A model generated the notes under the pieces. It was not told where the DNA came from and made no database searches. It saw only the letters and a program-made list of their open reading frames with translations. The translations under genes were made by a program, and so were the position numbers. From contig VRUD01000012.1 of NCBI GenBank assembly GCA_019456305.1, positions 3,531 to 67,530 on the forward strand: a DNA stretch of 64,000 nucleotides, given 5' to 3'. Positions 8,151 through 15,502 of this stretch are shown here, one piece after another (within the stretch, counting starts at the first letter, position 1; each line of letters starts with the position of its first letter). This DNA comes from Cytophagales bacterium (GTDB lineage Bacteria; Bacteroidota; Bacteroidia; Cytophagales; VRUD01).

Positions 8151-8241
8151 CATGGCGCATAGCGCATGGCGTCCACCCTCATTCAAGCTCTTTTTCCCCG
8201 CCAACTGGCGGGGCCATGCGCTATGCGCTATGCGCTATCGC
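8151..8241. repeat. GCATAG-family inverted repeat with central hairpin
   Basis: catggcgcatagcgcatggcg ... ccccgccaactggcgggg (8196-8213) ... gccatgcgctatgcgctatgcgctatcgc. The last codons and the TAG stop of the aminotransferase (..AIAHSA*) are made of repeat units. Confidence 0.9.
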
Positions 8242-9684
8242 TCCCAAAATAACTTTACACGCTTCTTTGATCTCTTCTTTTGTAATAATTAAAGGCGGTG
8301 TTATTCTCATAGCGCTGTCACAGTAAAGAAACCAATCAACAAAAACCCCGGTGGTGTCAGAAACCCTACCTGACTGTTCCGTATTTCTCGGGGAGATACA
8401 TTTATCAATGATAGATTTTAATTGATCATAAGATTCAAACTGAAGCGCCATCATCAGTCCTTTACTTCTGATAGCCTTGATTTTGGGATGTGCTAATAAT
8501 TCGATGAATAGTCTTTCTTTTTCCGCTACTACAGCCCCCCCCAACCCCCCCGAAGGAGGGGCTTTGCCAACGCTTTTGCCAGCCCCCCCTAAATCCCTCC
8601 TGCCACTATTTCTTACCGAATCGGTGAATGGGTGAATGGGTGAATCGGTGAATCGCTTCGTTTTCCTGTTCTCCGTTTCTCCGATTCTCCGGTTCTCCGA
8701 TTCAGGGGGGCTTGGAGTTAGAGGGGGGAGGGGGGGGCTGGCAGTTGGGCTGATTAGTTCCAAAGAAGCGAGCCCTGCAGCACAGCAGACGGGATGACCA
8801 CCAAAAGTAGTGATATGTCCTAAAACAGGATTGGTTTTTAAGACAGACATAATTTCCTTTGAAGAGATAAAAGCGCCAAGCGGCATACCCCCTCCGATCG
8901 CTTTGCCGCAGCATAAAATATCCGGCACAACGTCAAAATGCTCAAAAGCAAACAGCAATCCTGTTCTGCCAAAGCCTGTTTGAACCTCGTCAAAAATTAG
9001 AAGTGTGCCCGACTCGCTGCATTTGTTTCTCAGTGTTTTTAAATATTCTTTGTCAGGTATTATTACACCCGCTTCTCCCTGGATGGGCTCTATAATAACC
9101 GCTGCAATTTTATCTGTGATATATTCCAGATCTTCAGTGTCATTGAATTTTATATGTCTTACCTCCGGTAATAATGGCCTGAACGCTCTTTTAAACACTT
9201 CGCTCCCGTTTAATGATAAGGCGCCATGCGTAGAACCGTGATAGGCATTTTGAAGTGAAATAATTCCAGTTCTGCCGGTAAATCTTTTGGCTAATTTTAT
9301 CGCCCCTTCTACCGCTTCACTACCGGAATTAACAAAATAGGTGCATTCTAATTGAGCAGGAAGATTTTCAGCAAGCTTTTTGGCAAGCATTACCTGTGGC
9401 GTTTGCACCAATTCTCCGTAAGCCATCAGGTGAAGATATTTATCAAGCTGCTCCTTGATCGCTTTTATAACTTCTGGATGACGGTGGCCTACATTATTCA
9501 CGCCAATCCCGGATATCAGGTCTATGTACTTTTTCCTACTTGCCCCGCTTGTCCCGGTCCTATCGGGTTTTTTGGGGGCTTTTCCAAACATATATACTCC
9601 TTCTGCGTAGTCAATCTCAAGCATAGAAGGAAAATCAGAAGTTTGGGCTAAATGGTTCAGGAAATCTTGTTTTATTGTGTTCAT
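8221..9684 (-). CDS. class-III (acetylornithine/GABA-type) PLP aminotransferase carrying in-frame repeat insertions
   Basis: ISGIGVNNVGHRHPEV, FVNSGSEAVEGAIKLA, LIFDEVQTGFGRTG, CCGKAIGGGMPLGAF, GGHPVCCAAGLA. ATG at 9684. Repeat-derived segments at 8530-8757 and 9543-9567. Confidence 0.85.
   Translation of the reverse strand: MNTIKQDFLNHLAQTSDFPSMLEIDYAEGVYMFGKAPKKPDRTGTSGASRKKYIDLISGIGVNNVGHRHPEVIKAIKEQLDKYLHLMAYGELVQTPQVMLAKKLAENLPAQLECTYFVNSGSEAVEGAIKLAKRFTGRTGIISLQNAYHGSTHGALSLNGSEVFKRAFRPLLPEVRHIKFNDTEDLEYITDKIAAVIIEPIQGEAGVIIPDKEYLKTLRNKCSESGTLLIFDEVQTGFGRTGLLFAFEHFDVVPDILCCGKAIGGGMPLGAFISSKEIMSVLKTNPVLGHITTFGGHPVCCAAGLASLELISPTASPPLPPLTPSPPESENRRIGETENRKTKRFTDSPIHPFTDSVRNSGRRDLGGAGKSVGKAPPSGGLGGAVVAEKERLFIELLAHPKIKAIRSKGLMMALQFESYDQLKSIIDKCISPRNTEQSGRVSDTTGVFVDWFLYCDSAMRITPPLIITKEEIKEACKVILGAIAHSA
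8583..8744. repeat. 162-bp GC-rich palindromic element, intragenic copy A (copy B at 27238..27399)
   Basis: About 158/162 identical to 27238..27399. Built from C-run/G-run termini and 8-mer arrays (GGTGAATS)x4 and (CTCCGNTT)x3 that can pair. Confidence 0.95.
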
Positions 9685-9700
9685 GTATTTGTGTGTTAGT

Positions 9701-9740
9701 GTGTTCACGTGAGCACTTGAACATATGAACACGTGAACAC
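9701..9740. repeat. CACGTG-containing palindrome (gtgttcacgtg ... cacgtgaacac)
   Basis: 17 nt upstream of the aminotransferase ATG. A related 85-bp palindrome lies 10 nt upstream of the MuiA-like gene (48632..48716). Confidence 0.85.
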
Positions 9741-9763
9741 TTATTTAAGGGAATGATGTTGAT

Positions 9764-9771
9764 CAAATTTA
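9764..9771 (-). promoter_or_regulatory. candidate -7 promoter box for the aminotransferase gene
   Basis: Minus strand reads TAAATTTG (TAnnTTTG), 80 nt upstream of ATG 9684. Confidence 0.3.
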
Positions 9772-9780
9772 ATGGAATCA

Positions 9781-9943
9781 CCGATGCTAATATACGAATT
9801 ATACTAATTATACGAATATTAGGTACTGCTTAAATTTATGTTTTGCCTTTGTATCAATATGGATAAATACGTTTCAAGATAAATCATCATACTTTCTTCT
9901 TCTTCATTTGTATCATTCGCATACATTCGTATATTGGCATCGG
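9781..9943. repeat. 163-bp element bounded by 19-bp inverted repeats (ccgatgctaatatacgaat / attcgtatattggcatcgg)
   Basis: The right-arm 19-mer is identical to 15465..15483. Sits in a divergent promoter region. Confidence 0.9.
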
Positions 9944-10041
9944 TTTGACTCATTCTTGTATAGGCATTATCTACTAAATTATAGACCCCGAGTACTCGGG
10001 GGTCTTTAAGACTTTTTTAAGAGCCTAAAAAATTCAACCCT

Positions 10042-11331
10042 ATGAAATTCTTATTAATCATTATCATCTTTTCCTTCAATAAAGATTCTCTTTCCAAAGC
10101 CGCCCTGATTGATACTATGCTTGCCGATAAATATTTTAATAAAGCTACTCAACTATTTAATAATGCCCAATATGACAGCTCTGTATTCTATCTACAAAAA
10201 GCAAGCGATATTTACCTGGCTTTAGCAAAGTCTGTTGAAGGATCAGCACAGAATTCCCCCTCTCCACTTGTGGAGAGGGGGCAGGGGGTGAGGTGGAAAA
10301 AATATGTTGAATGTAATAATGTATTGGGCAATACTTTTTATACTATAGCTGAATATAATAAAGCTGTGGATCATTTTAGCATTTCCGCTAAAATTGGTTT
10401 ATTAAAATTGGGGGGTAAGCATCTCTATATTGCTGATGCTTATACGGGTCTGGGAGTTGTGTACTGGATGAGACGTGAAAATGATAAAGCGCTCAATTTT
10501 CAAAAAAAAGCCCTGGAAATAAAAAGTGCATTCTATGAAGGCGATCATCCTCATATTGGTTTGTGTTATAATAATATAGGACTTATTTATAATGATCAGG
10601 GCGATTATTATACCGCATTGGAATATTTTAACAAAGCATTATCAATCTACATGAAACACATTGCAAACCACCAGCATCCTTTGTTTACTGCTAGTTATAA
10701 TAATTTAGGTCTTGTATTTTTTAATATAAAAAACTATGCAAAAGCCATTGAATGTCATCAAAAATCCCTGGAAATAAAATTAAAGACATTGGGTCCGGAT
10801 CATCCTGATCTGGCTATAAGCTATAATAATCTTGGGGACGTTTATCGAATTTATGGCAACTATGACAAGTCGCTTGAGTATTTTCATAAAGCAAGAGTAC
10901 TCATAGAAAATAAAATTGGCAAACAGCATCCTTATATTGCCCTCTTTTATTTTAATATCGGAAAAGTATATGCAGATAAAAGAAACCATGATGAAGCAAT
11001 GAATTATTATCAGAAGGCATTGAAAGTTTCTGTAAATATTTTTGGTCAATACCACCCGGATGTAGCTGATACATATTATGAAACCGGGAACATATTTGCA
11101 GCAAAAAAGGAACTTAATACTACATTGATCTATTACCAGAAAGCCCTGAAATCATTATTCAAAGAATTTTCTAATAACAGGGTTTTTATTAATCCTGTAA
11201 TACCCACTACATTTGAGAGCAAAAAAGAACGGGAGGAGTTTCTTAAGAAAATAAATTCTTTGCCTCTTTTGCTCGATGTGTTAGAGAGCAAGGCAGAGGC
11301 GTTTTATGAGAAATGGAAGATGTCACCCTAA
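10042..11331 (+). CDS. tetratricopeptide-repeat protein (kinesin-light-chain-like TPRs), possibly C-terminally truncated
   Basis: About 7 TPR_12-like units (..HPDLAISYNNLGDVYRIYGNYDKSLEYFHKA..). In-frame hairpin element at 10256-10296. The stop lies inside a repeat (11322-11354). Confidence 0.75.
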   Translation: MKFLLIIIIFSFNKDSLSKAALIDTMLADKYFNKATQLFNNAQYDSSVFYLQKASDIYLALAKSVEGSAQNSPSPLVERGQGVRWKKYVECNNVLGNTFYTIAEYNKAVDHFSISAKIGLLKLGGKHLYIADAYTGLGVVYWMRRENDKALNFQKKALEIKSAFYEGDHPHIGLCYNNIGLIYNDQGDYYTALEYFNKALSIYMKHIANHQHPLFTASYNNLGLVFFNIKNYAKAIECHQKSLEIKLKTLGPDHPDLAISYNNLGDVYRIYGNYDKSLEYFHKARVLIENKIGKQHPYIALFYFNIGKVYADKRNHDEAMNYYQKALKVSVNIFGQYHPDVADTYYETGNIFAAKKELNTTLIYYQKALKSLFKEFSNNRVFINPVIPTTFESKKEREEFLKKINSLPLLLDVLESKAEAFYEKWKMSP

Positions 11332-11616
11332 AGGGTGACCACCCGAAGGGTGGGAAAATGCCCGCCTGCTAAAACAAAGTGACGTGCGGGGAAGATGGAA
11401 GGAAGAGTAGAAGTAGAAGTGGCAGTAAGCAGTAGACAATAGACTATGACTAATTACGAATCACTTCAAGAACAATAAAATAAAATAATCTGTGTTTAAA
11501 AATCCGGTAAATATCTTGAAAAAAATAACTTATATCCCCGCCTGCCACCCACCTGCCACAAGCCTGCCACAAGCCTTTAGCCTGTCCGCCAGACAGGCGG
11601 GCGGGCAGGTAAGCCT

Positions 11617-12648
11617 TTGGCGGGCAGGTCTGTAATCTGTATATTGATCTGTGTAATCTGTGTAAAAGCCCAGAATCATCATTTATCACAATTCACTTCT
11701 TTGCCCTTAAGTGTAAATCCTGCATTAACCGGTATAATCAAAAGTGAGATCAGGAGTATTGTAAATTACAGCAGCCAATGGACAACCCTGAGTTCTCCTT
11801 TTACTACTGTGGCTGCTTCTGTAGATATGCCATTTGAGCCGGATAAATTGAAATCAGGTTGGTTGGGAGGAGGATTGGTCATGTTGAATCATAAAGCAGG
11901 CGCTGGATACCTGGATTATTATAAGGGTTTGCTTTCCGGTTCATATTTAGTACCGCTCAATGAATGGTTTAAATTCCTGGGGGAAGGACATTATCTATCC
12001 TTTGGACTTCAAGTGGGCATGTTGCAGTTTACGAAGGATTTTAGTAAACTACCCGTTGATGAACAATTATTCAGTGGAACGATCAAGGAGACTAAATTGG
12101 ATATGCAAACTGGAATTTTGTGGTCTTATACACCTCACCAATGGTTGAAATTTTACACGGGGGTCGCATTATCTCATTTTTTAAAGGCAAAAGATCCGTT
12201 TATTGAGTATCATCCGGGTGATTTGAAAGAGATAGACCAATCAGGAATAAAACCTGTTTTTCACAGCAATGCAATAATATATTTAGGCAGCAGAATAGAG
12301 CTATCACCCTCCATATTATATATGTATCACAAACAAGCAAACCTGTCTAACCAGAGGCGGGATGAAATAACGCTTGGTACATCTGCTGGGTTCCATTTTG
12401 GAAAATATTATAACTGGAGCGCAACCTATTATTTAGGAACCTGGTATGGATTCAAAGATGAGGTAATGTTCATGGTAGGACTCAGATATCATAAGTGGAT
12501 GTTTGAGATAAGCACCGATGCTAAAATAGCCTTATTAAAACAGGCAAGTTTTGATGCGGAACATCCGGAGTTTACTTTCACATATTTAATTCATCTGCCG
12601 GGAGAAAAAGAAAAACAACGCCTGCCCTGGCTCAATCTTCAAGAATAA
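11617..12648 (+). CDS. PorP/SprF family type IX secretion system membrane protein
   Basis: AQNHHLSQFTSLPLSVNPALTG...VNYSSQW...SPFTT..ASVDMPF is the PorP/SprF N-terminal signature. Start uncertain (TTG 11617; the signal peptide is encoded by gtaatctgt repeats). Confidence 0.75.
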   Translation: MAGRSVICILICVICVKAQNHHLSQFTSLPLSVNPALTGIIKSEIRSIVNYSSQWTTLSSPFTTVAASVDMPFEPDKLKSGWLGGGLVMLNHKAGAGYLDYYKGLLSGSYLVPLNEWFKFLGEGHYLSFGLQVGMLQFTKDFSKLPVDEQLFSGTIKETKLDMQTGILWSYTPHQWLKFYTGVALSHFLKAKDPFIEYHPGDLKEIDQSGIKPVFHSNAIIYLGSRIELSPSILYMYHKQANLSNQRRDEITLGTSAGFHFGKYYNWSATYYLGTWYGFKDEVMFMVGLRYHKWMFEISTDAKIALLKQASFDAEHPEFTFTYLIHLPGEKEKQRLPWLNLQE

Positions 12649-12726
12649 TTAATGAAACAAGAACATAATTTCGTAAGTTGATTAAAAATTTCACCGCAAA
12701 GGTGCAAAGACGCTAAGAAAAAAACC

Positions 12727-12951
12727 ATGAATAGAGATAAATTTAAAACTTTGCGTCATAGCCCCGAGTACTCGGGGGTGAAAACATTGAAATGCCGGTA
12801 CATATTAATTATAACATTCATAATTCTTCATTTTATGATGTGCTTTCCTGTTAAAGCGCAAAATAGAGACACTACTGTAGCTAATTACTACTTCCATTTT
12901 GCCGACTCCCTCACCAAAGCCTCCCGATACGACAGCGCTATTTATTATTAA
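12727..12951 (+). pseudogene. short ORF resembling only the N-terminus of a TPR/regulatory protein (probable gene fragment)
   Basis: Signal-like segment, then ..ANYYFHFADSLTKASRYDSAIYY* ending abruptly. Contains a CCGAGTACTCGG copy at 12764-12775. Confidence 0.3.
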
Positions 12952-12980
12952 TTTTTTTATTTTTTAGCTAATAACTCAAA

Positions 12981-13943
12981 TCAGGGAATCTCACCATCCA
13001 ATATCTTTTTCAACTTTTCGTGATCAATATTACCTCCTGATATCACACATACTATTTTTTTACTTGCTGCTTTTCCTGTGAGGGCGGCTGCCAGGGAGGC
13101 AGCTCCTGCACCTTCAGCGATCATGCAGTTACGCTCTGCAAGCAGTTTAATGGCATCAGCGATTTGCTTCAGACTTACAACCAACGAGTCGTCTAACAGG
13201 TTACTTACCAAAGGCCACATTTCAGGTAAGATACCTGCGCTGCCCATCCCATCCACAAAGGTTGGAGTATATTTTACTTTTTCAGGTTTACCGGTTTTGA
13301 GTGATGCTGAAAGCGGACAGGCAGTGTCTACCTCACAGGCAAAAATTTTTGTATCAGGTTTAGTAGCTTTGATAGCAGAGGCGATACCACTGCTTAAACC
13401 GCCTCCTCCATAAGGTATGATCACCGCATCAACATCAGGCAGGTCTTCAAGGATCTCCAGACCGATCACACCATTACCTGCTATTACAGCCGGATCGCTT
13501 ACTGGATGTATAAACAATCCTTGCATGTCTTTATATTTCCTGTCAACTAGTACCTGCCACCAAACCTCAAAAGGAATTTTATCATACGTTGCCCCTAAGC
13601 GGCTAATGGCATTCAATTTTGTTTCCGGGGCGTGGTCCGGAACAATAACATGACAAGGTATTTTAAAATTCCGGGCAACCCATGCCACGCCCTGAGCCAT
13701 ATTTCCTGCACTTGCAGTATAAACACCGTTAGAAAGCTGTTGTTTTGAAGCTATACTCATAGCATTAAGCGCTCCCCGCAATTTAAATGACCCTATAGGC
13801 TGCAGATTTTCCGGTTTTAAGTAAATTTCTGCCGGTGAATCTTTAATATGAAAACGAATAAGCGGTGTACGGAAAACCTTTCTTTCAAGATTTTTTTGAG
13901 CAGCTTTTATAGCCGTAATTGGAATTGGGTTGGGTAATTGCAT
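12981..13943 (-). CDS. threonine/serine dehydratase-like PLP enzyme (IlvA/serine racemase fold-type II)
   Basis: PLP-lysine block ENLQPIGSFKLRGALNAM; glycine loop PYGGGGLSSGIA. Confidence 0.8.
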   Translation of the reverse strand: MQLPNPIPITAIKAAQKNLERKVFRTPLIRFHIKDSPAEIYLKPENLQPIGSFKLRGALNAMSIASKQQLSNGVYTASAGNMAQGVAWVARNFKIPCHVIVPDHAPETKLNAISRLGATYDKIPFEVWWQVLVDRKYKDMQGLFIHPVSDPAVIAGNGVIGLEILEDLPDVDAVIIPYGGGGLSSGIASAIKATKPDTKIFACEVDTACPLSASLKTGKPEKVKYTPTFVDGMGSAGILPEMWPLVSNLLDDSLVVSLKQIADAIKLLAERNCMIAEGAGAASLAAALTGKAASKKIVCVISGGNIDHEKLKKILDGEIP

Positions 13944-14004
13944 TTTTATAAGAATTTAGTTTGTTTTGCTGTAGCAAAATTTTTCCCAGTGTTTTTTCCA
14001 GTTT

Positions 14005-14214
14005 CATCAGAGTCTCCCGCCACTACAAACTTCATATCTGCCTGTTTTCGAAAAGTCAACACATTGCAGTCAGATATACCCAAAACTTAATTAGGGGACT
14101 CTGATGCACACGAAATCAAATACTATTTAATGTCCTTTCTATTCCATATCCATCAGAGTCCCCTTTTTAAGATCGTGGTATATTTGAATTTAGGAATTGC
14201 GGGAGACTCTGATG
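14005..14214. repeat. four alternating copies of CATCAGAGTC(T)CCC in the spacer between two minus-strand genes
   Basis: 14005-14020 fwd, 14094-14106 rev, 14151-14163 fwd, 14199-14214 rev. 1:4 pair over 16 bp and 2:3 over 13 bp; 1:2 and 3:4 can also pair. Confidence 0.9.
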
Positions 14215-14299
14215 GGACTTGAAATTTTTTGTAACTCATAATTTTCTACTGTTTAAGATTTCAAGTATCCAGTATCAAGTATCAAGCATCAAGCAGTAA

Positions 14300-15253
14300 T
14301 CAAATGCTTTTTTTGTAGACATAATATCCAGCCGCAAGATCCTCTACAGCCAGCCCCAGAGCCTTGAATATTGTAATTTCCTCCCGACTTTCTCTTCCCT
14401 TCACTTTTCTTAGCAGTACTTCTCCAATTTCTCCACCTATCTTCTCTTCTTTAATCAGCCCTTCTTTCTTAGGAATTAAGAAGTCGCCTGCCTCATTAAA
14501 TAATGATTCACGCCTGTCTGTAAATAATTTTGATCTTACAACCAATTCAGAATCCAACTCACGGCTTGAAGGCGTACATGCGCCTACTGCATTAATGTGT
14601 ACCCCTTGTTTGACCCATTCACCAGACAGTATTGGTTCTTTTGCAGCCGTTGTTGTACAAATAATATCTGCATCCTCAACTGTTTGCTGTACAGTTTTGC
14701 AAGCTTCTACCTTGAAATTAAGCTTCCCGGATTCATGTCTTACTAACTGTTCAGCATGTTGGTGGTTACGGCTCCAGATCTTAGCTTTTTCTATTTTTCT
14801 AACCAACGATATTGCTTCAAGGTGTCTGCTTGCCTGTACCCCCGAACCTAAGATAGCCAGGTTCCGGGCATCTTTATTCGCCAATGATCTTGTAGCAACT
14901 GCACTGACGGCTGCTGTTCTGATAGCTGTAACTTCTTCTGCATCAATAATTGAGAGCAGCTTTCCGTTTTTACTGTCAAACAATAGAATGACACCCTGGT
15001 GAGAACTCAAACCTGCCTTTTGATTTTCAGGAAATACGCTTATTACTTTAATTCCCATGATCCTGGTATCTCCTTCAAAAGCTGGCATCATGCCCAATAA
15101 TCCCTTTTTACCAGGAAGCCACATTATTGAACGTAGAGGTTGTATTGATGCATCTTCAGCTAAAGTTTTTAGAGCATTGGCCATCAAATCTATGCATTTG
15201 CCCATAGAAAGGTGGGCAGCCACCTGTTCCCCATTTACGGTAACAACTTTCAT
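14300..15253 (-). CDS. ornithine cyclodeaminase / mu-crystallin family protein
   Basis: ..IQPLRSIMW..., MGIKVISVFPEN, LAILGSGVQA Rossmann motif; length 317 aa. Confidence 0.85.
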   Translation of the reverse strand: MKVVTVNGEQVAAHLSMGKCIDLMANALKTLAEDASIQPLRSIMWLPGKKGLLGMMPAFEGDTRIMGIKVISVFPENQKAGLSSHQGVILLFDSKNGKLLSIIDAEEVTAIRTAAVSAVATRSLANKDARNLAILGSGVQASRHLEAISLVRKIEKAKIWSRNHQHAEQLVRHESGKLNFKVEACKTVQQTVEDADIICTTTAAKEPILSGEWVKQGVHINAVGACTPSSRELDSELVVRSKLFTDRRESLFNEAGDFLIPKKEGLIKEEKIGGEIGEVLLRKVKGRESREEITIFKALGLAVEDLAAGYYVYKKSI

Positions 15254-15263
15254 AAAATTTCCT

Positions 15264-15483
15264 CCGAGGCCAATATACGAATGAATGCGAATTATACGAA
15301 TACTTATAATGTTAATATTCTAATTTATACTAATGATACGAATAGGGTATAATGCTAATCCCGCAAATATGCGGGACTAATGATACGAATATTTTTACTC
15401 TGCTTCTTAATATAGATTTCTTTATTAGTATCATTAGTATTCATTCGTATATTAGCATTTTATTATTCGTATATTGGCATCGG
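15264..15483. repeat. 220-bp element bounded by the same inverted repeats as 9781..9943
   Basis: ccgaggccaatatacgaat ... attcgtatattggcatcgg (15465-15483), extra inner arm at 15443-15458, inner hairpin tcccgcaaatatgcggga. Confidence 0.9.
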
Positions 15484-15502
15484 GTAATAAAAGTAAATCT
15501 AT

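Noticed and set aside
8345-8400. Possible third insertion in the aminotransferase (..ISPRNTEQSGRVSDTT..)
   Set aside because: There is no palindromic structure and no second copy in the window. It may simply be a variable loop and needs an ortholog alignment.
13078-15284. Antisense ORFs opposite the IlvA-like and OCD-like genes (13078-13413, 13417-13653, 14364-15002, 15057-15284)
   Set aside because: They are low-complexity Ser/Ala/Pro-rich translations opposite well-supported conserved CDS.
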